Assembly (NCBI RefSeq): GCF_964213995.1
Contig: NC_135823.1
Span: 496,001-560,000, forward strand
Reading direction: 5' to 3'
Length of the DNA stretch: 64,000 nt
Source: Mustelus asterias
Lineage: Eukaryota
The notes under the pieces were generated by a model. It saw only the letters and a program-made list of their open reading frames with translations, was not told the origin of the DNA and ran no database searches. Shown here in pieces: positions 21,480 through 35,997 of this stretch (position 1 is its first letter; the number at the start of each line of letters is the position of its first letter). Both the position numbers and the translations under genes were made by a program.

Positions 21480-24400
21480 AAAATAAGAACTGGGAGCAGG
21501 AGTAGACCGTCTTGCCCCTCAAACCTGCTCCATCATTCAATAAAATCATTGCTGATCTTTTCATGGACTCAGCTCCACTTACCCACCGGCTCACCATAAC
21601 CCTTAATTCCTTTACTACATTTATTTTTACCTTAAAATCATTCAGTGAGGGAGACTCAACAGCGTCACTCGGCAGGGAATTCCATGGATTCATAACGCTT
21701 TGGGTCAAGAAGTTCATCCTCAACTCAATTCTAAATCTGCTCCCCCTTATTTTGCGGCTTTGCCCCCCCAGTTCTAATTTTACCCGCCAGTGCAAACAAA
21801 TTCCCTGCTTCTATCTTATCTATTCCCTTCATAATCGTATATGTTTCGATAAGATCCCGCTCATCCTTCTGAATTACAATGAGTATGTCACAGTCTACTC
21901 AGCCTCTCCCCACAAGCCAAGCATCTGAACTCCACAATCAACCTAGTGAATCTCCTCTGCACTTCCTCCAGTGCCAGTATATCCTTTCTCAGGTAAAGAA
22001 ACCAAAACTGTACACATTACTCCAAGTGTGGCCTGACCAGCACCATCAACAGCTGCAACATAACCTCACTGTTTTAAACTCCATCCCTCGAGCAATGAAG
22101 CTCAAAATTCCATTTGCCTTCTTAATTGTCAGCTGCACCTGCCAACCAACGTTTTACAATTCATGCAAAAGGACACCCAGGTCCATCTGCACAGCAGCAA
22201 CTTACATTTTCTACCATTTAAAAAAGAAAGTCAATTTTGCTGTTATTCCGACCAAAATGAATGATCTCACATTTACCAACATAATACTCCATCTGCCACG
22301 CCCTTGTCAACTCACTGAGACTACCTATGTCCCTTTGCAGGTATTCATTGTCCTGTGCACACTTTGCTCTGCCACTCATCTTACTGCCATCTGCGTATTT
22401 CGACACACTGCACTTGGTCCCCAAGTCCTAACAATCTATCATTGACCCCTTGAACGATAGGGTTGTCCTATGATGAGAGGCTGGGAAAATTATGTTTATA
22501 TTCTCTGTAGAACAGAAAAATGAGACATCAACGCATTGAAACACAATATTTCGAAGGATGGTGACATGCCAGATACGAAAGAGGTTGATTCCATTGGCTG
22601 GAAAATATGCCACACAGCGACATAGCCTCAGGATAAAGGAATTGCCATTTCAGAATGAGAGAAGGAGTAACTTCTGCGCCGAGAGGATAATGAATCTTTG
22701 GGAATCTCACCCAAGTGACCTGTCGATGCTCAGTCACTCATAAGACCATAAGACCATAAGATATGGGAGCAGAATTAGGCCACTCGTCCATAGAGTCTGC
22801 TCCAATATTCAATCATGGCTGATACTTTTCTCATTCCCATTCTCCTGCCTTTTCTCCAGAACCCCTGATCCCCATATTAATCAAGAACCTATCTATCTCT
22901 CTCTTAAAGACACTCAATGACCTGGCCTCCAGAGCCATCTGCAGCAAAGAGTTTCACAGATTCACCACTCTCGGGCTGAAGAAATTCCTCCTTATCTCTG
23001 TTTTAAACGTTCGTCCCTTTAGCCTGAGGTTATGCCCTCTGGTTCTAGTTTTTCCTACCAGTGGAAATATCCTCTTCACGTCCACTCTATCCAAGCCTCG
23101 CAGTATCCTGTAAGTTTCAAGAATTTCCCCCCGCCCCCCCCCCCCCCCGCCAATCCTTCTAAACTTCAACGAGTACAGACCCAGAGTCATCAACCGTTCC
23201 TCATACGACAAGCCCTTCATTCCAGGGATCATCCTTGTGAACATCCTCTGTACTCTTTCCAAGGCCAGCACATCCTTCCTTAGATATGGGGCTCAAAACT
23301 GCTCGCAGTATTCCAAATGCGGTCTGACCAGAGCCTTATACAGCCTCAGAAGTACATACCTGCTCTTGTCTTCCAGCCCTCTCGACATGAATGCTAACAT
23401 TGCATTTGCCTTCCTAACTGCCGACTGAAACTGCACCTTAAGAAATTCTTGAACAATGAGTCCCAAGTTCCTTTGTGTTTCTGATTTCCGAAGCATTTTC
23501 CCGTTTAGAAAATAGCCTATGCTTCCATTTCTCCTTCCAAAGTGCATAACCTCACACTTTTCCACATTGTATTCCATCTGCCACTCTTTGCCCACTCTCC
23601 TAACTGTCCAATTCTTTCTGCAACCCCTTGCTTCCTCGATGCTACATGTCCCTCTACTTATCTTTGTATCATCTGGAAACTTAGTCACAGTACCTTCAGT
23701 TCCTTCCTCCAAATCGTTAATGTACATTGTGAAATGTTGTGGTCCCAGCACTGACCCCTGAGGCACACCACTAGTCACCAGCTGCCATCCTGAAAAAGAC
23801 GCCTGTATCCCCACCCTCTGCCTTCTGCCAGTCAGCCAATCCTCTATCCATGCCAGGATCTTACACTTAACACCAAGCGCACTTAACTTATTTAGCAGTC
23901 TCCTATGCAGCACCTTGTCAAAGGCCTTCTGGAAATCGACTGGTTCTCCTTTATCTAACTTCCTTGTTACCTCCTCAAAGAGCTCGAACTGATTCGTCAG
24001 ACATGAGCTCCCATTGCTGACTCATTCCTACTTTATCATGAACATCGAAGTACTCTGCAATCTCTGTTTAATAATGGTCTCTAAAATCTTGCCAATGACC
24101 GAAGTCAGGCTAACCGGCCTATAATTCCCTATCTTCTGCCTCCGTATCTTCTTATACAGCGGTGTTACATTCCTACTTTCCAATCCTCTGGTACTCTTCC
24201 TGCCTCCAGTGATTCCTGACAGTTCACCTCCATTGAGTCCACAATTTCCTCAGTTATCTCTTTTAGAACCGTGGGGTGTAGTCCATCTGATCCAGGTGAT
24301 TTATCCACCTTCAGACCTTTCAGTTTCTCCAGACCTTTCTCTTTTGTGATGGCCACCCAATCATTTGTGCCCCTTGAATCTCCTGGAGCTCTGGCATTCC

Positions 24401-24850
24401 ACTGGTGTCATCCACCGTGAAGACTGATGCAAAGTAACTATTCAGTTCCTTTGCCATTGCTTTGTTTCCTATTATTACTTCTCCAGCCTCATTTTCCAGT
24501 GGTCCAATGGGTATTTCTGCCTCTCTCTTACCTTTCATATATTGAAAAAAAAACTCTCCCTATCTTCTTTTATCTTACTCGCTAGCTTACACTCATATTT
24601 CATCCTCTCCTCGCTCATTGTTTTTTTTTGTTGTGCTCTGCTCGCTTTTAAAGGCTTCCAAATCCTCTGACTTCCCACTAATCAGTGCCACTTTGTATGT
24701 TTTTTATTTTGCTTTTATGCTGTCCTTGACTTCCCTCATCAGCCATGGATGCCTTGTCCTCCCCTTAACATGTTTCCTCCTTCTTGGGATGAATTTCTTT
24801 TGTGCCTTCCGAATAACTCTCAAAACCTCCTGCCATTGCTGTTCCAAAGT
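21480..24850 (-). mobile_element. Cluster of CR1 fragments (minus-strand about 21480-22430 and 22740-24850; short plus-strand piece about 22440-22740)
   Basis: ORFs 23293-23913, 22954-23271, 24165-24538 and 22218-22424 carry CR1 RT motifs. Confidence 0.85.
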
Positions 24851-26359
24851 CTTCTATATTGTACTCAATATATTGAAGAGTAAGTTCTATAGATTTTTGG
24901 ATAGGAGTGGAAACGATGTATATGGGGATAGTGTGGAAAAATGGAACTGGGGTACAAAGTCTCGGTGAAGGAAATGCCTTCTCTTGCTCATGTTTCTCAT
25001 GTATGCTCAGGGTCTCAACATTTTGACAAAGCTTTTGGTAGCCAAGGGGTGCTGTTGGGAAACACATCCTTGCATTAACACATCGTGGGGGAAAAACCTT
25101 GAACTCAGAATTTAGTTCAGTTGCATTTGCAGGATGCGTTTGATTGATGTGTGTCACATGTTGTCAAAATTAAGCCAACTGTAAAGTGGATTCCTAACCC
25201 TCCATTCTGAAACTGCTTACTTCAGTGGCGGCAGGGTAGTACAGTGGTTAGTACTGCTGCCTCACAACACAAAGGACCCGGGTTCGAGTCGCAGCTTGGG
25301 TCACTGTGTATATGGAGTTTGCACGTTCTCCCCGTGTCTGCGTGGGTTTCATCTGGGTGCTTCTGTTTCCCCCCACTGTCCAAAGCTGTGCTGCGTAGGT
25401 GCATTGATCGTGCTAAATTATTCTTCAGTGTACCGCCAAAGTTGTGGCTATTACCAGATTTCACAGTAAATTCATTGCAGTGTTACTGTCAGCCCACATG
25501 TGACAGGAATAAAAAAACCTTTAATGCTCTCCAGCATGCTATCTCTCTGAAAGTTTTCTCCGCTTCATCTTCGTTCATCACCTCGTCAATTGTCGTTTTC
25601 CGAACATTTATTCATTTTGATTATAAAACCTATTTTAGAGCGGCACGGTGGCACAGTGCTGCCTCACAACGCCAGAGACCCGAGTACGAATCCTGGCTTC
25701 GGACACTCTCTGCGTGAAGTTTGCATGTTCTCCCCATGTCTGTGTGGGTTCCCTCCTGGTGCTCTGGATTACTCACACAGTCCGAAGGATCTGCTGGTTC
25801 TGTGCATTGGCCATGCTAAATTCTCCCTCTATGTACCCCAAAAGGCGCTGAAGTTTGGCGACTAGCGGATTTTCACAGTAACTTCATTGCATGTTAATGG
25901 TAGCCGACTTGTGAAAAATACATAAAATTTAAAAAATATTCTGGATGAATTAGTTTGTTAGGATTTATTGCAAGAGGGCTGCATTATAAGTGTAAGGTTT
26001 ACTGCAATGAAGGCATAGAAGCCTTTGAGGTTTCTATGTAATTGAGTGGGTTGTATGTATATTCACTCGGGTTCAGGGCAGTGTAATCCCATTAAATTTT
26101 ATAAGATACTGGCTGGGCTTTCAGGGTAAATGTTGATAGGCTTTTTCTCCCACTTTGTGGAGATTCTAGAACTGGGAGTGACAGTCTCCGGATCAAGATT
26201 GAGATGATGAGAAGTTTTGTCAGTCGCAGGCTTGTGAGCCTTTGGGATTCTCTATTGCACAGCTGTCCATGTGTTTTCGGGAATGAGCACAATGTGAGGC
26301 AGAGCTAAAAGATCGGCCAAGTTCTTATCGCACAGTCGATGGGCTGACGGCCCAAGTAC

Positions 26360-27665
26360 CACAAAGCTTGCACCGGCAACAACTATAGAAAAAGAGAGAA
26401 TCAGCCAGGAATATCTAAGGAAATAAAGGAGGGTATCAAATTGAAAGAACATGCATACAAAGTGGCAAAGATTAGTGGGAACCTCAAGGATTGGGAAATC
26501 TTTAAAAGTCAGCAGAAAGACACGAAAAAAGCGAGAAAGAAAGGTAAGATGGATTATGAGTCTAAACTAGCTCAGAATATAAAAACAGATAGCAAACGTT
26601 TCTACAAATATATAAAACGAAAAACAGTGGCAAAAGTCAACATTGGTCCTTTAGAGGACGAGAAGGGGGATGCAATAACTGAAAATGAGAAAATGGCTGA
26701 GGCATTGAACAGGTATTTTGTGTCGGTTTTCACAGTGGAAGTCGCAAGTAACATGCCAAAAATTGATGACAGGAAGGCTATGGCTGGTGAGAACCTAGAA
26801 ACTATCATTATCACGAAAGAGGTAGTGTTGGGCAAGTTAATGGGCTATAGGTAGACAAGTCTCCTGCTCCTGCATTCCAGGGTACTGAAAGAGATGGCGG
26901 GAGAAATAACAAATGCACTCGTGGTAATTTACCAAAATTCGCTGGACTCTGGGGTGGTTCCCACAGATTAGAAAACAGCACATGTGACGCCACTGTTTAA
27001 AAAATGAGGTAGACAAAAGGCAGGTAGCTGTAGGCCGGTCAGCTTAACTTCTGTAGTAGGGAAAATGCTTGAATTTGTCATTAAGGAAGAAATAGCGAGA
27101 CATCTGGATATACGTTGTCCCATTGGTAAGACGCAGTGTGGGTTCATGAAGGGCAGGTCATGTTTGACTAATTAGGTGGAATTCTTTGAGAGCATTACAT
27201 GTGCAGTGGACAATGGGGAACCTATGGATGTGGTGTATCTGGATTTCCAGAAGGCATTTGATAAGGTGCCGCACCAAAGACTGCTACATAAGATAAAGGT
27301 GCATAATGTTAGGGGTACTGTATTCACATGGATAGAGGATTGGGTAACTAACAGAAAGCAACGAGTGGGGGTAACTGGGTGTTTTTCTGGTTGGCGATCA
27401 GTGACTGGTGGTGTGCCTCAGGGATCAGTGTTGGGACCGCAATTGTTTACGATTTACATCGATGATTTGGAGTTGGGGACCAAGTGTAGTGTGTCAAAAT
27501 TCGCAGATGACACTCAGATGGGTGGAAGAGCAAAGTGTGCAGAGGACGCTGAACGTCTGCAAAGGGATATAGATAATCTAACTGAGTGGGCGAGGGTCTG
27601 GCAGATGGAGTACAATGTTGGTAAATGTGAGGTCATCCATTTTGGTAGGAACAACAGCAAAATGG
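26360..27665 (+). mobile_element. CR1 LINE internal fragment
   Basis: ORFs 26441-26854 and 27176-27703 ([27 protein letters not shown]). Confidence 0.9.
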
Positions 27666-29234
27666 CATCGATGACAGGACCAGCATTTATTGATCATCAC
27701 TAATCACTCTGCAATTGCTCGGCTATTTAAGATTCAATCACATTGCAATTGGTCTCGAGTCACATGAAGGCCAGACTGTGTAAGGGTGGCAGATTCCCTT
27801 CCCTAAAGGGCATTACTGAACGAGATGGGTTATTACAACAGTTTCATATTCATCATAGGCTTTTAATTTCAGATATTTAATTGAATACAAATTTCACCAG
27901 TTGCCATGGTGGGATTCGAATCCGGGCACCCAGAGCATTTCCATTTATTTTATTCCATTTCTTTTAATCTCATTTATCCATTTTATCATTCCTCTTTTTC
28001 ACTTCGATTTTTTCTACTCCTCCATTCCAGCTCTCCTTTTGTCCATACCCTTCCCCCCTTCACTGCAATTGCGACATTCCTCAGGCAGTCCTTCAACAAT
28101 TTGTACCTCTGTTCTGCTATTCTCACATTCTGATCACTTAATGGACACTGCTCGTACTTTAGCAGGCTTCTGTACCCTCATGCACATTACCATTGTCCAA
28201 TTCCACACCCCCTCCGTATAGACCTCTTCTGATTCTCTTTCCTTTTAGCTCTGGCGAAAGGTCATCTCGGATCAAAACTTTGCATCCATTCTATGCCCAC
28301 AGATGCTGTCAGACCTGCTGAGATTCTCCAGCATTTTCTCTTTTTGTTTCAGCTTAAAGTTAAACGTATTTATTAGTCAAAAGTAGGCTTTGATTTACGT
28401 TGCAAGGAAGTTACTGTGAAAATCCCATCGTCGCATCATTCCGGTGTCTGTTCGGGTACACTGACGGAGAAATAAGCATGCCCAATGCACCTAATCTGCA
28501 CATCGTTGGACTGTGGGAGGAAACCGGAGCACCCGGGGAAAACCCATGCAGACATGGGAAGAACGTGGAAACTTCAGACAGATAGTGACCCAAGACGGGA
28601 ATCAAGGCTGTGGCCTTGATGCTGTGAGGCAGCAATCCCAACCACTGTGCCACGGTGCGGCTCTCTGCTTTTTTCCCCGGAGCATTCTCCTTGGTCTCTG
28701 GTTTACTCGCCCAGTGACAATACCACTATGCCACTGCCTCGCATAGGAATGGGTGCTCGAGACGAATTCATTATGACGCAGTTTTAAATGCAATGAGACT
28801 GTTAATTATGAAATTTATGAAAGGTGTTCGATTATTGTATTTTCTGTGATTAGATTAGATGATCATGAGTGTCGCAGATAGGCTTACAATGCAATGAAGC
28901 TACTGTGAAAATCCTCTCATCGCCACACTCCAGCGCCTGTTCGGGTACCCTGAGGGAGAAGTTAGCACGGCCAATGCACTCTAACGAGCACAACTTTCAG
29001 GCTGTGGGAGGAATCCGGAGCACCCGGAGGATACTCATGCAGACATAGAGAGAACATGCAAGCTCCACGCACACAGTGATCCAAGCCGCTAGTCGAACCC
29101 GTGTGCCTGGCGCTCTGAGGCAACAGTGCTAACCACTGTGGCACCATACTGCCCGTCACGGACTATGTTGGAACAATAGCTCTTCGGTCACTTCTTCCTC
29201 CAAAACACACACCTCCCAATCTATGGGTGAAATA

Positions 29235-29530
29235 AAATTACTGCGGACGCTGCAATGTGAAACCAAAAGAGAAAAGTCTGCAAAATCTCAGCAGGCCTGG
29301 CAGTATCTATAAGGAGAGAAAAGAGCTGACATTTTGAGTCCAGATGACCCTCTGTCAAAGCTAAACGGCATGCTTTTTCGCTTTGACGAAGCCTCCATGC
29401 CTTTTAGCTTTGACAAAGGATCATCTGGACTCGAAACGTCGGCTCTTTTCTCTCCTTACAGATAATGCCAGACCTGCTGACATTTTCCAACATTTTCTCT
29501 TGTGGATTCTCAAACAATGTCTCAAAACCG
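29235..29530. mobile_element. Inverted-repeat element of a second Penelope-like family with a degenerate hammerhead-like core
   Basis: TTTGACAAAGGATCATCTGGACTCGAAACGTC and its reverse complement about 60 bp upstream; related pieces at about 14220-14430 and 28250-28350. Confidence 0.5.
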
Positions 29531-30767
29531 AGGCTCAAAATTCAAATGTTAAAAATCAAAACACATTGTGTAAAAAGTATTTTAAGTTGGAGCTATTCAC
29601 TCTGTTATGAAACAAGAAACTAGTCAGTTTTTTAAAGTCATGAATATTAGTGGAACATTTATTCAATGTCCCAGTAAGACATGAGATCAGCCGCTTGAGG
29701 GAAATAAAGCCCTAATTAGGATACACTTTAGAACACGATTTTCCGTGATACTTATTGCAAAGGGTCAGCATGCACCATCCTAAAAAAACACTTAGAAACT
29801 GCCGGTGGATCAAATCTTTCATTTTTGGGAGACTGTCATTCAACAGTTGATCCAATAAGAATATTGAAACAGCAAATTCAATGTTTTAGCTTCTCTGCAA
29901 CACTCTGTCGCAATTATTCCGCCAGGGAACGTTCAAAAAAATGAGGACGGACAGAGCTGGGAGTCCATGGCGAGACGCATACGCCTTAATGTGAAGACAC
30001 TGGCAGAACGAATTAGTGCCACAATAGGTTCGGAGGTGAACAGAGAGGGTGCTCCTTGCAGAGTGATTGAAGTGCTCTGCAAAAAGTTATGACCTTTAAA
30101 GTTAAGGAAAATTAGATCTCGCAGCAAAGAGCTGGCCTTGGCAGCAAACAGAGAGAGAGATAGTTGTTGGCTGTGGCCACGCTTGCTTGGTTTGACTGCA
30201 AGAAAGACGCCTCGCTCACAGCCCTTTCCGGGAGTGTGCAAAGCACATCGAGAGCAGAAATCGCTGGTCCAGATTCTGACCACGATATGGTTGAGACGGA
30301 AAGTTGTCCGAGACAGCAGCTCACTGTGGTTTTTCGGTTTTTACAGTTGAAGCGCTACACGTACCCAACTGCCTTCAGAGGTCAGAAGCTGAGACACAAT
30401 GTTAAACCGCAGAGAGAAAACGGTTGGGCATTCAAGGTAGATTTAGCTGAACAGAGAGCCTGTCGGTTTACAATTGAGCCATATTACAGGATTCTTTTCA
30501 AAAGACAACTGGTCACTATTTGCAAGCATTCCGAGGGTTGAGTACAATTCGCAAAAACCCCCTCTGATTCACAACAGACGCACTCATTTCGTCTGCAGCT
30601 CAGAGGAACTGCAGTTTGCACTGTCTATACTCAAGCAGCAACTCACTTCCGACACAATGTCGATGCAATTCATACAATATTTTCACTCCTCTTTATTCGA
30701 CAGCTTGCATCAGGAATTATGTGTAAACTGTTTACAGAATGAATTAATTTGAACACAATTACATTAT

Positions 30768-31352
30768 GGCATGCTGGCACAGTAGTTAGCAGTGCTGCCT
30801 CACAGCACCAGGGACCTGGTTTGAATTACAGCCTTGGTTGAATTTATGTGTGGAGCTTGCACCTTGTCCTCGTATCTGCGTGGGTTTCCTCTGCGTGCTC
30901 CAGTTTCCTCCCTCAGTCCGGAGATGTGCAGGCTAGGTGGATTGGCCATGCCAAGTTGCGTCTTAGCGTCCAAAGATGTGTGGGTTCGGTGGATTGGTCA
31001 TGCTAAATTGCGCCTTCGTGTCCAAAGATGTGCAGGCTAGGTGGATTGACCATGCTAAATTGCATCTTAGTGTCCAAAGATGTGCAGGTTAGGAGAACCG
31101 GCCATGCGGAATTGTCCCTTATTGTACAAAGATGTGCGGGTTAGGTTGATTGGCCGTGGTATATTGCCCATTTGTTTTCAAAGATGTGTAGGTTAGGTGG
31201 ATTAGCCATGCTAAATTGTCCCTTAGTGTCCAAAGATGTGTAGGGTGGGTGGAATATCCGTGGTAAATCCAATCAGTTATGGGGATAAGGTGGGATGATG
31301 TGGACCTGGGTAAAATGGGCGCTCCCTTCTGCACTGCAGGGATTCTATGATT
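30768..31352 (+). mobile_element. HE1-type V-SINE with internal 52-bp tandem expansion
   Basis: SINE head, about 6 tandem units, then the CR1-type tail. Confidence 0.8.
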
Positions 31353-31459
31353 AACAGGAACACCAAAATGCCACAGTGCCCCTTGAAAATGCGGAGCATT
31401 CTGACTTGGAGCTATATCACCGTTCCTTCACTGCCCCATGTCAACTCCCTCCCTAATAT

Positions 31460-33855
31460 GAACTATGCACAAACACAATGAAATGAGAAGGGATCTGGGA
31501 AGTGTGGATTGGCACAGGCTGTTCTCTGGTAAAGATGTATATGGAAAGTGGGAGGCCTTCAAAGGAGAAATTTTGAGAGTGCAGAGTTTTTAGGTTCCTG
31601 TCAGGATTAAAGAGAACGTAAATATGAATAAGGAAACTTGGTTCTCGAGGGAGAGTGTAACACTGATTAAGAGGAAGAGAAGTTGTATGGAATGTGCAGG
31701 CAGCAAGGAACAGATCAGATGCTCGAGGAGTATAAAAAGTGCAAGAAGCTACTTAAGAGGGAAATCAGGAGGGCGAAAAGCAGACATGAGGTTGCTTTGG
31801 CAGACAGAGTGAAGGAAAATCCAAAGAGCTTCGATAAGTATTTTAGGAGCAAAAGGAGAATGAGGGATAAAATTGGTCCTCTTGAAGACCAGAGTTTTAG
31901 ACTATGTATGTAACCAAAAGAGATGGAGGAGATACTAATTTTTTTTTTTTGCATCCGTATTTACTGAGGAAACGTGCATAGAGTCTACGGAAATAGGGCA
32001 AACAGGTAGGGAGGTCATGGAACCTTTACAGATTAAAGGGGAGGAGGTGCTGGTCTCTTGAGGCAAATCAGAGTGGATAAACCCCCAGGGCCGGACAGGG
32101 TATTCCCACGGACCTTGAGGGAAGCTAGTGTTGAACGTGCAGGGGCCCTGGCAGACAAATTTAAAATGTCAGTATTCATGGGGGAGGTACCGGATGATTG
32201 GAGGGTGGCTCATGTTGTTCCGCTTTTTAAAAAAGGTTCCAAAAGAAATCCGGGAAATTATAGGCCAGTATGCTTGACGTCGGTGGTGGGCAAGTTATTG
32301 GAAGGTGTGATAATGGATAGGATCTACAAATATTTGGATAGACAGGGACTTATGAGGGAGATTCACCATGGCTTTGTGCGTGGTAGGTCATGTTTGACCA
32401 ATCTATTAGAGTTTTTCGAGGAGATGACCAGGAAAGTGGATGAAGGCAAGGCAGTGGTTATTGTCTCCCTGGATTTCATCAAGGCCTTTGACAAGGTCCC
32501 TCATGGGAGGTTAGTTCGGAAGGTTCAGTCGCTGGGTATACATGGGGAGGTATTAAATTGGATTAGACACTGACTCAATGGAAGAACAGTAAGAAGTCTC
32601 ACAACACCAGGTTAAAGTCCAACAGGTTTATTTGGTAGCAAATACCATAAGCTTTCGGAGCGCTGCCCCTTCAAGGGGCTGCGCTCTGAAAGCTTATGGT
32701 ATTTGCTACCAAATAAACCTGTTGGACTGTAACCTGGTGTTGTGAGACTTCTTAATGTGCTTACCCCAGTCCAACGCCGGCATCTCCACATCAATGGAAG
32801 AAGCCAGAGAGTGATTGTGGAGGATTGCTTCTCTGAGTGGAGGCCGTGACTAGTGGTATGCCGTAGGGTTTGGTGTTGGGTCCATTGTTGTTTGTCATCT
32901 ATATCAATGATCTGGACGATAATGTGGTAAATTGGATCAGCAAATTTGCTGATGATACAAAGATTGGAGGTGCAATGGACAGTGAGGAAGGTTTTCAAAG
33001 CTTGCAGAGGGATTTGGACCAACTGGGAAAATGGGCTGAAAAATGGCAAATGGAATTTAACGCAGGCATGTGTGAGATATTGCACTTTGGAAGGACAAAC
33101 CAAAGTAGAACGTACAGGATAATTGGTAGGACCCTGAAGAGTGCAGTTGAACAGGGGGATCATGGAATACAGGTACAGAATTCCCTAAACGTGACGTCAC
33201 AGGTGGATAGGGTCGTAAAGAGTGCCTTTGGTACATTGGCCTTTATAAATCGGAGTATCGAGTGTAAAAGTTGGAGTGTTGTGGTAAGGTTATATAAGGC
33301 ATTGGTGAGGCCGAATGTAGAGTATTGTGTACAGTTTTGGTCACCTAGTTACAGGAAGGATGTAAATAAGGTTGAAAGAGTGCAGAGAAGGTTCACAAGG
33401 ATGTTGCCGGGACTTGAGAAGCTGAGCTACAGAGAGAGAATGAATAGGTTGGGACTTTATTCCCTGGAGCGTAGAAGAATGAGGAGAGATTTGATAGAGG
33501 TGTATAAGATTTTGATGGGTGTAGATAGAGAGAATGCAAGCAGGCTTTTTCCACTGACGCTAGGGGAGAACAAAACCTGAGGGCATGCGTTAAGGGTGAA
33601 AGGAGAAAAGTTTAAAGGGAATATTAGGGGGGCTTCTTCACGCAGAGAGGGGTGGGGTGTGGAATGAGCTGCCGGATAAAGTGTTAACATTTTAACATTT
33701 AAGAAAAACTTGGACGGGTTCATGGATGAGAGGGGTGTGGAGGGATATGGTCCAAGTGCAGGTCAGTGGGACTCGGCAAAAAATGGTTCGGCACAGACAA
33801 TAAGGGCCAAAAGGCCTGTTTCTGAGCTGTAATTTTCTATGTTTCTATGGTTCTA
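31460..33855 (+). mobile_element. CR1 LINE (RT to 3' end) interrupted by a Penelope-like insertion
   Basis: ORFs 31683-31913, 32058-32573 and 32870-33580; (TTCTATG) tail. Confidence 0.9.
32587..32790. mobile_element. Short palindromic Penelope-like insertion
   Basis: Inverted arms; 12-bp TSD TCAATGGAAGAA at 32575-32586/32791-32802. Confidence 0.8.
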
Positions 33856-33889
33856 CAATTTGGACTGCAGGGGCAAAAGAGGGCGGGTC

Positions 33890-34706
33890 ATCATAGAATC
33901 ATCGAATCCTACAGTGCAGAAGGAAGCCATTCGGCCCATCGAGTCTGCACCGACCACACTTCCACGCACGCCCTATCCCCATAACCCTATGCATTTACAC
34001 TAGCTAGTGCCCCTGACACTAAGGGGCAATTGAGCATGGGCAATCCACCTAACCCGCATATCTTTGGACACTAAGGGGCAATTTAGCATGGACAATCCAT
34101 CGAACCTGCACATCTTTGGACACTAAGCGGCAATTTCGCATGGCCAATACTCCTAACCCGCACATCTTTGGGCACTAAGGGGTAATTTAGCATGGCGAAT
34201 CCACATGACCCGCACATTTTTGGATACTAAGAGGCAATTTAACATGGTCAATCCACTTAATCTGCTTTTCATAGAATCATAGAATTCCTACAGTGCAGAA
34301 GGATGCCATTCGGCGCATCGAGTCTGCACCAAACACAGTCGCACCCCCAGGCCTTATCCCCGTAATGCCATGCATTGACCCTAGTCCCCCTGACAGTAAG
34401 GGGAAATTTGGCATGGCCAATCCACCTAACCCGCAAATCTTTGGACACTAAGGGGCAATTTAGCATGGCCAATCCACCAAACCTGCACATCTTTGGACAC
34501 TAAGGGGCAATTTAGCACAGCCAACCCACCTAACCCGCAGATCTTTGGCACGAAGGAACAATTTAGCCTGGCCAATCTAACTGACCCGCACATCTTTGGA
34601 AACCAAGGGACAGTTCAGCATGGCCAATCCATTTAACGTGCACATCTTTGGACATTAAGGGGCAATTTGGCATGGCCACGCGACATAACCTGCACATCTT
34701 TGGACA
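33890..34706 (-). repeat. Two head-less V-SINE tails with 52-bp tandem arrays
   Basis: Period measured directly: TTGGACAC at 34441 and 34493. Confidence 0.85.
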
Positions 34707-35997
34707 TCATCATCTTCGAAAGAAACATACACTCTGCCCTTGCCAAGGAAGTTCACATCCCACGAAAGAATTGAAACTTAGCCGACATAGAAAACATATC
34801 ACCACACAATTACTGAACTGTAACACTCCCTGCAGACATACTGCCTGTTCATCGCTGTGACGCACAGTAGATGACCACACTGTGTCAAATGAATGTGGAA
34901 TTCACCAGCACACTACACCAAACTTGAATCATACTTTCCATTGCATAGCTCGTCATAATTTCCACTGTACCTGAAAGGGACGAAACTCTCTGTGCCTGAG
35001 CTCAGGTCAACCTGCGGCCATTAAGCCTACAGAAATAAACTGGTCACATAACATGGAGAAATAGCGCATAAAGGTCTCCAAAGAATGGTTATCTGCAAGA
35101 CTCATTTTCTTGCTGTTGCAGGTTTATGGTGAGTAAAAGAATGTAAGAACTATACATTGCAATCAGGGAGAATCAGTGTTCACACAGTAGAAACTGTGAC
35201 CCCATGTTCAGGTGAAGGGAATTACCCTGTTCATGCGAGTTTGCTTTGTTTTCCTCACATAAATGTTCAGTAAAGGTTCACTCATGCCCTTTAGGGAAGG
35301 ATATTTGCCATCCTTATCCGGTTTGCCCGACATGTGACTCCAGAGCCGCAGCAATATTATTGACTCTGAACTGCCCTCGGGCAACTCGGGATGGGCAATA
35401 ACATTTTTAAAGTTAAAATTTATTTATTTGTGTCACAAGTAGGCTTACATTAACATTGCAACGATGTTACTGTGAAAATCACCTCGTCGCCACACTCTGG
35501 CACCTGTTTCCCTGCAATGAGGGAAAAGCTAGGCAGGTCAATGCACCTAACTAGCACGTCGTTCCGACTCTGGGAGGAAACTGGAGCACCCAGAGGAAAT
35601 CCATGCAATCACGTGGAGAACGTGCAGACTCTGTACAGATGGTGGCGAAATTCGGGAATCACAGCCGGGTCCCTATGAGACAGCGACGCTAAACACTGTG
35701 TCACAGTACTGTCTAATGTTCTTGGGGACCCGGGTTCGAATCCCACCTTGGCAGATGGTGGAATTTTAATTCAACCAGAAAATATCTGGAATGAAGATTA
35801 ACCATCATCAATTGTCGGAAAACCCCATCTGGTTAACTAATATCCTTTAGGGAAAAAAATCTGAAGCCCTGACCATCGTCTGGCCTACACGTGACTCCAG
35901 AGTCATCGCATTATGGTCGACGTTCGACTGCCCAACAAGGGCAACGATGGATTGGCAAAAGATGCCCATGTCTCACGAATGAATAAAAAGATTGATA

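Noticed and set aside
30322-30346. CACTGTG next to GGTTTTT as an RSS
   Set aside because: Wrong order and no 12/23 spacer
29900-30760. Overlapping ORFs in a non-repeat island
   Set aside because: No recognisable domain or exon structure
34820-34872. Minus-strand YCA followed by CACAGCG as a V-RSS
   Set aside because: No nonamer at 12 or 23 nt
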